From contig CACMAQ010000002.1 of assembly GCA_902611715.1 (NCBI GenBank), positions 714 through 64,713 of the forward strand: 64,000 nt of DNA, read 5' to 3'. The notes beneath the pieces are model-generated. The model saw only the letters and a program-made list of their open reading frames with translations. It was not told the DNA's origin and ran no database searches. The first letter of the stretch is position 1; each line of letters opens with the position of its first letter. Below, piece by piece: positions 12,954 through 21,997 of the stretch. The DNA comes from an uncultured Pelagibacteraceae bacterium (GTDB lineage Bacteria > Pseudomonadota > Alphaproteobacteria > Pelagibacterales > AG-422-B15). Made by a program: the position numbers and the translations under genes.

Positions 12954-13971
12954 GATAAAGATTAAGATAGAAAATTTGTATAAAATTTTTGGATCAAGAC
13001 CAAGAGAGTACACAGACATAGTTAGAGATGGTGTTGATAAAGACGAGTTATTATCAAAATATAATCATGTTCTTGGGTTGGATAATATTTCTCTAGATAT
13101 CAAGGAGCATTCAATACAAGTTGTAATGGGATTATCAGGGTCAGGAAAATCTACTTTGATAAGACACATTAATAGATTGATTGAGCCAACCGAGGGAACG
13201 GTCACAGTTGATGGAGAGGATATTACTAAACTTAATAAAATGGATCTTCTAGAGTTTAGAAGAAATAAAACAGGGATGGTTTTTCAACGCTTTGCACTAT
13301 TTCCTCATCAAAATATATTAGACAATGTCCAGTTTGGATTGAGCATAAAAAATCTAGATAAGTCAGACTCTATAGAAAGAGCAATGTACTGGATCGAAAA
13401 AGTTGGTTTAACCGGTTTTGAAAATAAATTCCCAAATCAATTGTCAGGAGGAATGCAGCAAAGAGTAGGTTTAGCTAGGGCGTTAGCTACTGATCCAGAT
13501 ATATTGCTAATGGACGAAGCCTTTAGTGCGCTTGATCCATTAATAAGAACTGATATGCAGGACCAATTACTGGACTTACAAAAGAATTTAAATAAAACAA
13601 TTATGTTCATAACTCATGACCTCGATGAGGCACTAAAATTAGGCGACCGAATAGCTATACTCAATGGCGGAAAACTTGTTCAAGATGGAAATGCAGAGGA
13701 AATTCTTTTAAAACCCGCTGATCAATATGTGGCCAATTTTGTTAAGGATGTTAATCGTATAAAGGTTTTAAAAATCAAGACAATTCTTGACCAAGGAGGT
13801 GAACGAGCAAATTCTAATCCAACTGTAAACGTAAATGATAGTATTGAAAATTGCTTGCCGGCAATACTTGAAAGTCAATCCGGTCTTAACGTAATTGATG
13901 AGAAAAACAATTTTGTTGGCTCAGTATCAAAAAACAAAATTATAGATATTTTGCAAAAATCTAAGGATTAA
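12946..13971 (+). CDS. proV: Glycine betaine ABC transporter ATP-binding protein with C-terminal CBS-like region
   Basis: Walker A GLSGSGKST, signature LSGGMQQRV, Walker B ILLMDEA. Start placed at ATG 12946 (8-nt overlap with proW) rather than the track start at 12889. Confidence 0.9.
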   Translation: MSEIKIKIENLYKIFGSRPREYTDIVRDGVDKDELLSKYNHVLGLDNISLDIKEHSIQVVMGLSGSGKSTLIRHINRLIEPTEGTVTVDGEDITKLNKMDLLEFRRNKTGMVFQRFALFPHQNILDNVQFGLSIKNLDKSDSIERAMYWIEKVGLTGFENKFPNQLSGGMQQRVGLARALATDPDILLMDEAFSALDPLIRTDMQDQLLDLQKNLNKTIMFITHDLDEALKLGDRIAILNGGKLVQDGNAEEILLKPADQYVANFVKDVNRIKVLKIKTILDQGGERANSNPTVNVNDSIENCLPAILESQSGLNVIDEKNNFVGSVSKNKIIDILQKSKD

Positions 13972-13986
13972 TTCTACTAAATTTTT

Positions 13987-16395
13987 TTATTGCCTTAAAT
14001 TTTTACCGGTTTGGTCATAACAAGCATTATCAACAATTGAGGCATTATAAAACTCTCCATTTATTTCAACTTGCAAAACTTCTTTGGATTTTAATAAATC
14101 ATTGTTCAAGTATGCAAAAGCAATACTTTTTTGCACATAGTGGCCGAAGCCTCCAGATGTTACATATCCGATACATACTTCATTCTGCATAACAGCCTCA
14201 TTGCTAGTCACATCTATGTTGTCAGTTTCAATTACCAAGGAAAATAATCTGTGATTGCTATCATCTTTAACTGCAGCGTCTTTACCAATAAAATCTTTAT
14301 CCCAATTTATAAATGCAGAAAGGCCAGTTTCTTTTGGAGTATAGTCAGGTCTAAAATCTAGTGTCCATGCGCCCCAATTTTTTTCTAGTCTCATAGACAT
14401 CAAAGCTCTTCCGCCAAAAGGTTTAATGTTGAATTCTTCTCCTGCATCCTCAATAGCCTCATAAAGCTTGATTTGATAGTGTGGAGCTACATATATTTCA
14501 TATCCCAATTCTCCAGTAAATGACAACCGGTTGACTAATGCAGGAACACCAGCAACAAACATTTGTCTAGAATCTCTAAATTTAAATGACTCATTAGAAA
14601 CATCTTCTCTTACCAATAATTGCAGTAAATTTCTAGACTTTGGGCCAGAAATAGCAAGGCCGTGATAATCATCAGATCTGTTTTTATAAATGACCTCATA
14701 TTGATCTAGATGTTGTTCAAACCATCGTCGATGCATTTCCTGAGCGGCACCAGATCCATAAACCATAAAATGATTTTCACTAATACACGAAACTGTAAGG
14801 TCCCCATATAATTTACCTTTTTTAGATAGCATTGGACTTAGTGCTATGCGTCCAACTTTAGGTATTCTACCTGCCAAAATATAATCCAAAAATTTTCTTG
14901 AGTCTTTTCCCTTAAATTCATGTTTAGAAAAATTAGCAATTTCTGTTACTCCAACGTTTTCTCTTACATTTTTTACTTCATTTGAAACATAGTTATGGGA
15001 TCGAGAGCGCTTGATAGTTGGTTCTTCGTAAGCATCATCAGGATTATCAGCAAACCATAGAACATTTTCGAGTCCAAAGCTGTCACCCATAACTGCTCCC
15101 ATGTTAACGAAGCGATCATATAAAGCTGTAGTTTTTTGTTTCCTTCCTTTTGGCAAAGTCTCATTTGGAAATGTCATAATAAATCTTCGTTCATAATTTT
15201 CAGATGATTTAATTGTTCCATAATGTGGAGATGCATAATCACCAAACCGTGCAACATCCATCGCCCAAACATCTATGGAAGGTTCACCATCAATAATCCA
15301 TTCTGCAATACATTTGCCAACACCTCCTCCTTGACAGAACCCGGCCATAACACCGACTGCTACCCAATAATTTCTCATACCTGGAACTGGTCCAATGAGA
15401 GGATTTCCATCAGGACCAAATGTAAAAGGGCCGTTAACAATATTTTTAATTCCTGCTTTTTCCAAAGCTGGCATTCTCTCAAAACCAATGACTAATCGAT
15501 CTTGAATATTTTCTAATTTTGGTTCCAACAGTTCATGTCCAAAATCTAATGGGGTTCCCTGAACTTTCCAAGGAGTAGACTTATGTTCATATGTGCCAAG
15601 CAACATGCCTTGTCCTTCTTGTCTAAAATAGATATTACCATCAAAATCAGTTCCAACTGGTAGCCTTGTTCCCTTAGGCATCGCTGCTATTTCTGGAATT
15701 GTATCAGTGATTAAATAATGATGCTCCATTGGCTGTACAGGCAAATTTAATCCAGCAAGTTTACTGACCTCTCTCGCCCAAAGTCCTGCAGCATTAATTA
15801 CAATTTCTGTATGAATATTGCCCTTATCAGTAAACACATCCCAGGTTCCATCTTCTCTTTGCTTAGTGTCTTTAACCTCAGTATTTGTGTAATAGTTAGC
15901 GCCATGAACTTTTGCAGATTTTGCAAATGCATATGTGACACCTGATGGATCTACTTCTCCATCGATCGGATCCCACAAAGCTGAAATATATTTATTGGGA
16001 TCGATAAGAGGATTTTTTTTTGCAACCTCCTCTAATGAGATAAACTCTTGATCAAGACCCATATATCTGGCTTTTGTTCTTTCTCTTTTAAGATAATCAG
16101 ACCAAACTTCATTAGAGGCTAAATAAAACCCTCCACTTGGTTTAAAGCCAACTGAATGACCTGAAGTCTCTTCAATTTCCTTGTACAAGTTTATTGTATA
16201 TGCCATCAGTCTGGATATGTTTGGATCTGAAGAAATGACATGAACGTTTCCTGCGGCATGCCATGAGGATCCTGCTGTTAATTCTTTTCGCTCAAGGAGA
16301 ACGCAGTCCTTCACCCCAAACTTTGCTAAATGGAAAAGAATAGAGCAACCTACAACTCCCCCGCCAATAACAACAACTTTAGCATGAGTTTGCAT
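13987..16395 (-). CDS. dmgdh: Dimethylglycine (or sarcosine) dehydrogenase: FAD oxidoreductase fused to a GcvT-like folate-binding domain
   Basis: VVVIGGGVVG dinucleotide fold, SSWHAAG (covalent-FAD His region), C-terminal aminomethyltransferase-like domain. 802 aa. Confidence 0.85.
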   Translation of the reverse strand: MQTHAKVVVIGGGVVGCSILFHLAKFGVKDCVLLERKELTAGSSWHAAGNVHVISSDPNISRLMAYTINLYKEIEETSGHSVGFKPSGGFYLASNEVWSDYLKRERTKARYMGLDQEFISLEEVAKKNPLIDPNKYISALWDPIDGEVDPSGVTYAFAKSAKVHGANYYTNTEVKDTKQREDGTWDVFTDKGNIHTEIVINAAGLWAREVSKLAGLNLPVQPMEHHYLITDTIPEIAAMPKGTRLPVGTDFDGNIYFRQEGQGMLLGTYEHKSTPWKVQGTPLDFGHELLEPKLENIQDRLVIGFERMPALEKAGIKNIVNGPFTFGPDGNPLIGPVPGMRNYWVAVGVMAGFCQGGGVGKCIAEWIIDGEPSIDVWAMDVARFGDYASPHYGTIKSSENYERRFIMTFPNETLPKGRKQKTTALYDRFVNMGAVMGDSFGLENVLWFADNPDDAYEEPTIKRSRSHNYVSNEVKNVRENVGVTEIANFSKHEFKGKDSRKFLDYILAGRIPKVGRIALSPMLSKKGKLYGDLTVSCISENHFMVYGSGAAQEMHRRWFEQHLDQYEVIYKNRSDDYHGLAISGPKSRNLLQLLVREDVSNESFKFRDSRQMFVAGVPALVNRLSFTGELGYEIYVAPHYQIKLYEAIEDAGEEFNIKPFGGRALMSMRLEKNWGAWTLDFRPDYTPKETGLSAFINWDKDFIGKDAAVKDDSNHRLFSLVIETDNIDVTSNEAVMQNEVCIGYVTSGGFGHYVQKSIAFAYLNNDLLKSKEVLQVEINGEFYNASIVDNACYDQTGKNLRQ

Positions 16396-16397
16396 TC

Positions 16398-17438
16398 TTA
16401 AGGTGTGAATTCTTTATTTACCTGCTTAAGAGTTTCGTCTGTTCCATGGTGAAAATGTTTTCTCATGTCCGGCATATATTTCATCGAAATTGGTTTTTTA
16501 CCAACTGCAACTGACATTTCTCTCACGTGATGTGCTTCGGCGCCACAACAAATTCCAATAAAGTTGATATTTTTTTCCATACAGTCTGCAGCAAATTTAG
16601 CCATTTCAAAACGATTACAAAAAAGATTATCCAAGGCTACAGGAAATGCATTATTTCCAGGAATACAATCACATCCATCATCAGAAATATTTAAAAAACC
16701 AGGTTCCTTTTCTGTTGTTCGATAAGGCACTGGCAATCCAGCAACATGGCAAGATACTTTATCTCTTACTTTTTCTAGAAGTTTCATAGTCATATCTGGC
16801 CCTCTATAACAGTTTAAACCAACGACATTTGCACCCAAGTCTTCCATCATTTTACATGCATCTTCAGGTGTATGTCCTTCTCTTGTCTTATCTCCCCTGG
16901 GTATCGCAAAATTTGTAACTGCAATCATGCCTTCATCTTTGATTGCTTTTAGAGCAATTTTCATTTCCTCAGTCCAATTAATTGTCTCAGCGACAATAAA
17001 ATCAACTCCCGCTTCCTTTGCCCACGCCACTTGTTCCTCATACATTTTCTGACATTGAATAAGAGATTGTTTATCATTTGGATCATAAATATTTGTATTT
17101 GCTACATCTCCACAAACCATAAGATCTAAATCTTTATATTCATTAGCTGCATCTTTTGCAATTTGAAGAGCATTTTTCTGTAAAGACTCTAATAAATGCT
17201 CTTTCCCAATTATTCTTAATTTTTCTCTATGGCCATAATAAGTGAAAGCTTGGACAACATCAGATCCTGCTCTTATAAATTCTCTATGTAATTGAGTAAC
17301 AACTTCTGGGTGCTCTAAAACAACTTCAGGAACAAATCCTCCTGCGGATAAGTAACCTCTTCGTTCCATGGCGAATAAATAACCTTCAGCACAAATGATT
17401 GGTCCCTCATTTAATCTCGTTATCAGATCTTTTTTCAT
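16398..17438 (-). CDS. bhmT: Betaine-homocysteine S-methyltransferase (homocysteine S-methyltransferase domain)
   Basis: Pfam02574-like TIM barrel with zinc Cys residues (GLNC ... GICCG). Lies 2 nt upstream of dmgdh. AGGAG 8 nt upstream of the ATG. Confidence 0.8.
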   Translation of the reverse strand: MKKDLITRLNEGPIICAEGYLFAMERRGYLSAGGFVPEVVLEHPEVVTQLHREFIRAGSDVVQAFTYYGHREKLRIIGKEHLLESLQKNALQIAKDAANEYKDLDLMVCGDVANTNIYDPNDKQSLIQCQKMYEEQVAWAKEAGVDFIVAETINWTEEMKIALKAIKDEGMIAVTNFAIPRGDKTREGHTPEDACKMMEDLGANVVGLNCYRGPDMTMKLLEKVRDKVSCHVAGLPVPYRTTEKEPGFLNISDDGCDCIPGNNAFPVALDNLFCNRFEMAKFAADCMEKNINFIGICCGAEAHHVREMSVAVGKKPISMKYMPDMRKHFHHGTDETLKQVNKEFTP

Positions 17439-17549
17439 GAATGCACTCCTAATTTATTCAAACAATAAATAAAAAATTATACCTAATTTAATATTCTGTC
17501 GAATTAAAAAAATGACAAGGCTATTCTTTTTTGGAATGAAAAAGCATTT

Positions 17550-18920
17550 CTAATTTGAAAACAAGCGCTCATCAAGCGGATAAGTAGAAATCGTTTCGTA
17601 ACCATTATTTGTTACGACACCCTGATCCTCAAGCTTGACCATGTGGTCCCCATTAACTTCACCCACCAAAGCCTCGACACAAAGAGTCAGTCCTGGTTCC
17701 AGAACAGCGTCAAAGGCATTTTTAACCAAACGGTCTGGGTAGGCGATCAATGGCCATTCGTCACACATCCCGACACCATGCATAGGTGATGAATACTTGA
17801 GCGCCTGATACTTGTCCTGCAACACGTGCAAAGAATGAGTTAAGTCTTCCATGTGGAGGCCGGGCTTGAGAAGCCTTGTGTTATAGCGAATGTGTTCTAC
17901 TGCCTCTGCATAACTCTCGCGCATATTAGCTGGCGCTAAACTATCTCCAATCCACCAGGTACGACTGAGATCTGCACAAATCCCATAGGGGCCGATCAAA
18001 TCAGTATCAAAAGCAAGAATTTCGTTCTCAGATATGATCCTTGGCCCACATTCTTGAAACCATGGGTTGGTGCGTGGCCCTGAAGTAAGAAGTCTTGTCT
18101 CAATCCACTCGCCACCTCTTTTAATATTTTCTGCATGAAGTACCGCCCAAACATCATCCTCTGTCACACCACCTTTTGGAATTTCTTCGCGTGCAAACTC
18201 CTCCATAACTGCCATCGAGCGTTCACAAGAATAAATAGAACAGCGCATTGCTCGTAATTCGTGCTCGGTTTTGATAGCTCGTGCACGTTCTGTCACTTCC
18301 TCACCGTCACAGTACTCAAGCCCTGCTCGACGGACCGCATCTAAACCTGCAGGCTGAATTTTGTCTATACCGACTTGTGTACAACCTGGAGCGTGAGTGG
18401 CAATTAAGTCTAGTACCTCAGCTGCGAAAGCGTCAGCTGCTGGCCCAATCCGGTCACCACGGGCGAAGTAAAACATGTCCGCACCTGAGCGGCTCTCCCG
18501 AACAAGTGGATTGTATTGGGCGAGGAATGGTGCGTTTTTATAATCCCAGAGTACCATATACCCATCAGCACAAAGCAAGCACGCCCGGAACGGATTGTGG
18601 GTGTTCCACAACTGCATATTTGTCGTGTCAGTTGCATAACGAATATTAAGGGGATCAAACATCAATAAGCCCCCATAACCCCTGGCTACAATTGCATCAG
18701 TCAAGCGTTTGTGTCTGGCTTTGCGCATCTCAGTCAGATCTGGCAATATAAGCCCTGCATCTTGCCATTCAGCATAGGCTAATGCGGTTGGGCCAATTTC
18801 GACACGATCGCCATCATTGATTGTTCCATCGCCCAGATGCACCCCCTGGCTTGGGTCTATCTTATGATTATCGCTGTAGTAATTATTTATATTTGGTAAT
18901 ATTTTACGATTTATCTTCAT
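17550..18920 (-). CDS. dddP: M24-family (creatinase/prolidase fold) protein, DddP-like DMSP lyase
   Basis: 456 aa. D305/D307/D317/H381/E416/E431 and D387 are spaced like the DddP metal ligands and catalytic Asp as I recall them. Much higher G+C than all neighbours. Confidence 0.65.
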   Translation of the reverse strand: MKINRKILPNINNYYSDNHKIDPSQGVHLGDGTINDGDRVEIGPTALAYAEWQDAGLILPDLTEMRKARHKRLTDAIVARGYGGLLMFDPLNIRYATDTTNMQLWNTHNPFRACLLCADGYMVLWDYKNAPFLAQYNPLVRESRSGADMFYFARGDRIGPAADAFAAEVLDLIATHAPGCTQVGIDKIQPAGLDAVRRAGLEYCDGEEVTERARAIKTEHELRAMRCSIYSCERSMAVMEEFAREEIPKGGVTEDDVWAVLHAENIKRGGEWIETRLLTSGPRTNPWFQECGPRIISENEILAFDTDLIGPYGICADLSRTWWIGDSLAPANMRESYAEAVEHIRYNTRLLKPGLHMEDLTHSLHVLQDKYQALKYSSPMHGVGMCDEWPLIAYPDRLVKNAFDAVLEPGLTLCVEALVGEVNGDHMVKLEDQGVVTNNGYETISTYPLDERLFSN

Positions 18921-18928
18921 TTTATTAA

Positions 18929-20071
18929 TTAAGGATTAATTCTATTCAAATAATTTAATCTACCTACGATCTCATCCCTATCAATATAATATCCTTGGAG
19001 GTGTCTATTACCTGAATTGGTATCGTATTCTTTTCTGCCATGCAAGACTCTTCTGTTATTAAAGCTAAAAATATCTCCAGCTTCTAATCTGAAATTGATT
19101 TCAAACATAGGGTCATGTAGCAATGAAAGAAGTTTACGATATGCTTCATAGAAGCTATCCATAACTTCAGGACTGCAATCCATTATTCCCATATAAGCAA
19201 CGCTGAACCGTATATCATTAAAATCATTGTTGTGATCTAGAGTAAATATGGGTTTATGCATTACTCTAATTGTGTTTGCGGTGTAATCTCTATTTACAAA
19301 TTTTACAGGTGTATCAAGAAGAATCTTGAAATATTCAGTAAAATTTTCTTTCATATAGCTTGCAACTTTAAATCCATCTAACGCAACTGATTCACCACCG
19401 GTTGCATCGTTTATTAAACAATGAAGGAACTGGTAGCCAGGAGCAATTTCATAATATGGTAAGTCGATGTGATTTCTTAGAGCTGCAGCTGTATATGCTG
19501 AATTATTTGGATTAGGAATGTCGATTACTTCAAATGGTGTTTTAAAAAAAGTTTCTCTATGATGACTTATATTAGATAGAACATCAAAACCTGACTCTTT
19601 TTCAGTGGGTGCATTTTTTACAATTGAAATGCCCTTATAGTGAAGTTGTTCTAACCATTTTTTTATTCCTTCATCTCCACTAATAATTTCTTGATAATCT
19701 ATTTGAATATCTTCAAAATTTGATTGCATACTATTATCCCACAAAAAATAAGGTGAACTATATTTTTTCTTACTTTTCATCGTGTAACAGTTATGTCGAA
19801 GCCATTCGACGTCATAGTGACTTATATGGCCTCCTTCACTCCACTCAATCTCCAACTGCCCTTTATCATTTATTGTAAACGCTTTTGGGTAAATATTTTC
19901 TGAAACATTTAGCAAGTTAAAGGTTCTCTCCCTTGCAGTAGGGTGAACTTCTGATGGACAATTATCCCTTAACCATAAAAAATTAAATTTACTCTGCTCA
20001 CCATCACTCCAATCAATTAGAATCGATTTACCATTCTTTTTTAATGATGATATTGATGGATTCTCATTCAT
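18929..20071 (-). CDS. Gamma-butyrobetaine dioxygenase-like Fe(II)/2-oxoglutarate oxygenase
   Basis: N-terminal DUF971-like domain (IDWSDGEQSKFNFLWLRDNC), HxD facial triad (NHID), distal His (RRVLHGR). 380 aa. Confidence 0.7.
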   Translation of the reverse strand: MNENPSISSLKKNGKSILIDWSDGEQSKFNFLWLRDNCPSEVHPTARERTFNLLNVSENIYPKAFTINDKGQLEIEWSEGGHISHYDVEWLRHNCYTMKSKKKYSSPYFLWDNSMQSNFEDIQIDYQEIISGDEGIKKWLEQLHYKGISIVKNAPTEKESGFDVLSNISHHRETFFKTPFEVIDIPNPNNSAYTAAALRNHIDLPYYEIAPGYQFLHCLINDATGGESVALDGFKVASYMKENFTEYFKILLDTPVKFVNRDYTANTIRVMHKPIFTLDHNNDFNDIRFSVAYMGIMDCSPEVMDSFYEAYRKLLSLLHDPMFEINFRLEAGDIFSFNNRRVLHGRKEYDTNSGNRHLQGYYIDRDEIVGRLNYLNRINP

Positions 20072-20074
20072 ATC

Positions 20075-21049
20075 TTATTTAAATGTATTATATTTTCTGT
20101 CCCAATTCGGAAACTTACCTTTTTGATTCTTATTTAAAGTTTTCATAATTTCAATCAAAAACAAATCTCTTTGTTTTTCTAATTCTTTAATATTGAATTT
20201 TCCTGCTTGTTTTTTTGTTCCTGAAACCATTGCTTTTTTAAGTTTGTTGGTTAATTCAGGTGCTTTCAATTTTGTCCAAGGGAGTTTTAGTGCAGGACCA
20301 AATTGTTCCAGCATGTGTTTCATGCCAGTTTCTCCACCAGCTAAATGGAACGTTAAACAAACCCCCATAAAAGCCCATCTCAATCCAGGACCATAAACAA
20401 TTGCATCATCAACTTCATCCGTTGATGCTACCCCGTCATTTATAATATGCAAGGCTTCACGCCATAACGCTTCTTGTAGTCTGTCTGAAATATATCCTTC
20501 TATTTCTTTTTGAACAATAAGTGGTCGCATTCCAATATGTTCATATAATTTTTTTAATTTTTTAACACTTATATGACTAGTTTTCTTGCCAGCTACAATC
20601 TCTACTAGAGGTAATAAGTATACAGGATTAAATGGATGACCTATTAAAACTCTCTCAGGAAACTTGCAAGCCGATTGAATTTTTGATGGTAATAAGCCTG
20701 ACGAACTAGATGCGATTATAACTCTCTTATCAACTAAATTATCAATTTGTTTGAGTATATTTTTTTTAATCTTTTCGTTTTCTGGTGCATTCTCTTGAAC
20801 AAAAGTTGTATCCTTCAATGCACTAGGTAATTTTGAATAGACCTTAAGATTTCTTAATGAGGCATTTCTATTCAAACCGATTTTCTTTAAGCTTTTAAAA
20901 GCAGTTCGAACATTTATTTTTAGCTGCTCACGTGAAACACTATTAGGGTCATATGCTTTTACAGTATAACCTTTAGCTAGAAATCTTGCAGCCCAGCCTG
21001 CGCCAATTACTCCAGTACCCACAATAGTGATGACTTTATTTTGTTTCAA
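20075..21049 (-). CDS. 3-hydroxyacyl-CoA dehydrogenase family protein, L-carnitine dehydrogenase-like
   Basis: Rossmann [26 protein letters not shown] plus a 3HCDH C-terminal domain. ATGA overlap with the upstream BKACE gene. No fused thioesterase domain (324 aa). Confidence 0.65.
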   Translation of the reverse strand: MKQNKVITIVGTGVIGAGWAARFLAKGYTVKAYDPNSVSREQLKINVRTAFKSLKKIGLNRNASLRNLKVYSKLPSALKDTTFVQENAPENEKIKKNILKQIDNLVDKRVIIASSSSGLLPSKIQSACKFPERVLIGHPFNPVYLLPLVEIVAGKKTSHISVKKLKKLYEHIGMRPLIVQKEIEGYISDRLQEALWREALHIINDGVASTDEVDDAIVYGPGLRWAFMGVCLTFHLAGGETGMKHMLEQFGPALKLPWTKLKAPELTNKLKKAMVSGTKKQAGKFNIKELEKQRDLFLIEIMKTLNKNQKGKFPNWDRKYNTFK

Positions 21050-21930
21050 ACTTTAAGCCCAAGTTTTTTTCTGGCTTCATCTGGCCCCATCACATTTGCA
21101 CCAAGATTATTAATTATTGTCGTCGCTTTTTCAACAAGTTGACCGTTTGAAGCGTATACACCTTTTTCAAGATATAGGTTGTCTTCAAGACCAACTCTAA
21201 CATTGCCCCCCAAAAGAACCGCTTGAGCAACCATCGGCATTTGATGAACCCCAATTCCAAAAGCTGCCCAGTTACTGCCCGATGGTAGCATGTCTACCAT
21301 GTTTTTCATTGAACTGGTATTAGCCGGTGCCCCATAGGGAATGCCAAGACAAATTTGAAATAGAGGAGGGCTGTCAAGCAATCCCTCATCGTACATTTGA
21401 TTTGCAAACCACATATGCCCTGTATCAAAAACTTCTAACTCCGGTTTTACGCCTAATTCTTGTATTCTTTTTGCACCAATTCTTAATTGTTCAGGAGTAC
21501 TAACATAAATCATGTTGCCATCACCAAAATTAAGAGTTCCACAATCAAGGGAACATATATCTGGTAATATTTCTTCAACGTGACTTAGTCGTTCAATCGC
21601 ATTAACAAAATCAGTATTAGGTCCGAACTTTAATAGATCATCCTCAGGTCCAATTTCTATATCACCGCCCATACCACTGGTAAGATTTATTATGACATTT
21701 GTGCCACTATCTTTTATGCGGCTCACAACCTCTTTATAAAGCTCATCGTCTCTTGATCCCTTTCCTGTATTTAAATCTCTGACATGGATATGCGCTATAG
21801 CAGCTCCAGCTGACGCTGCTTCAATTGCTGCATTAGCAATTTGCTCTGGCGTCACCGGTATGTTTGGATGTTTGTTGACTGTATCTCCTGATCCAGTAAC
21901 AGCACATGAAATAATGACGTCTCTGTTCAT
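21046..21930 (-). CDS. BKACE-family (DUF849) beta-keto acid cleavage enzyme, dehydrocarnitine cleavage candidate
   Basis: [12 protein letters not shown] ... AIAHIHVRD motif pattern typical of 3-keto-5-aminohexanoate cleavage enzyme relatives. 294 aa. Confidence 0.75.
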   Translation of the reverse strand: MNRDVIISCAVTGSGDTVNKHPNIPVTPEQIANAAIEAASAGAAIAHIHVRDLNTGKGSRDDELYKEVVSRIKDSGTNVIINLTSGMGGDIEIGPEDDLLKFGPNTDFVNAIERLSHVEEILPDICSLDCGTLNFGDGNMIYVSTPEQLRIGAKRIQELGVKPELEVFDTGHMWFANQMYDEGLLDSPPLFQICLGIPYGAPANTSSMKNMVDMLPSGSNWAAFGIGVHQMPMVAQAVLLGGNVRVGLEDNLYLEKGVYASNGQLVEKATTIINNLGANVMGPDEARKKLGLKV

Positions 21931-21968
21931 ATTCCTTTACTAGTGAAAAAAAATTAATTTACAATTAC

Positions 21969-21982
21969 CATACTATAGTATG
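21969..21982. promoter_or_regulatory. Perfect 14-bp palindrome in a divergent promoter region (operator and/or overlapping -10 elements)
   Basis: CATACTATAGTATG is its own reverse complement. It lies in the 67-bp gap between the BKACE start (21930) and the aldehyde dehydrogenase start (21998) and contains TATAGT on both strands. Confidence 0.3.
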
Positions 21983-21997
21983 TAATCATCATCTGAA

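Noticed and set aside
18281-18658. 122-aa (+) and 82-aa (-) ORFs in the track inside the DddP-like gene
   Set aside because: They overlap a 456-aa ORF with clear M24 motifs and have low-complexity, Arg/Pro/Ser-rich composition. They are best explained as shadow ORFs produced by the locally high G+C.
17550-18920. The GC-rich segment as a metagenomic or assembly chimera rather than real HGT
   Set aside because: The compositional boundaries coincide with a single intact gene that keeps operon spacing (8 nt to the upstream stop), and its 5' end has native-like composition. A mis-join would not be expected to respect gene boundaries. This still needs read-level confirmation, as listed under the finding.
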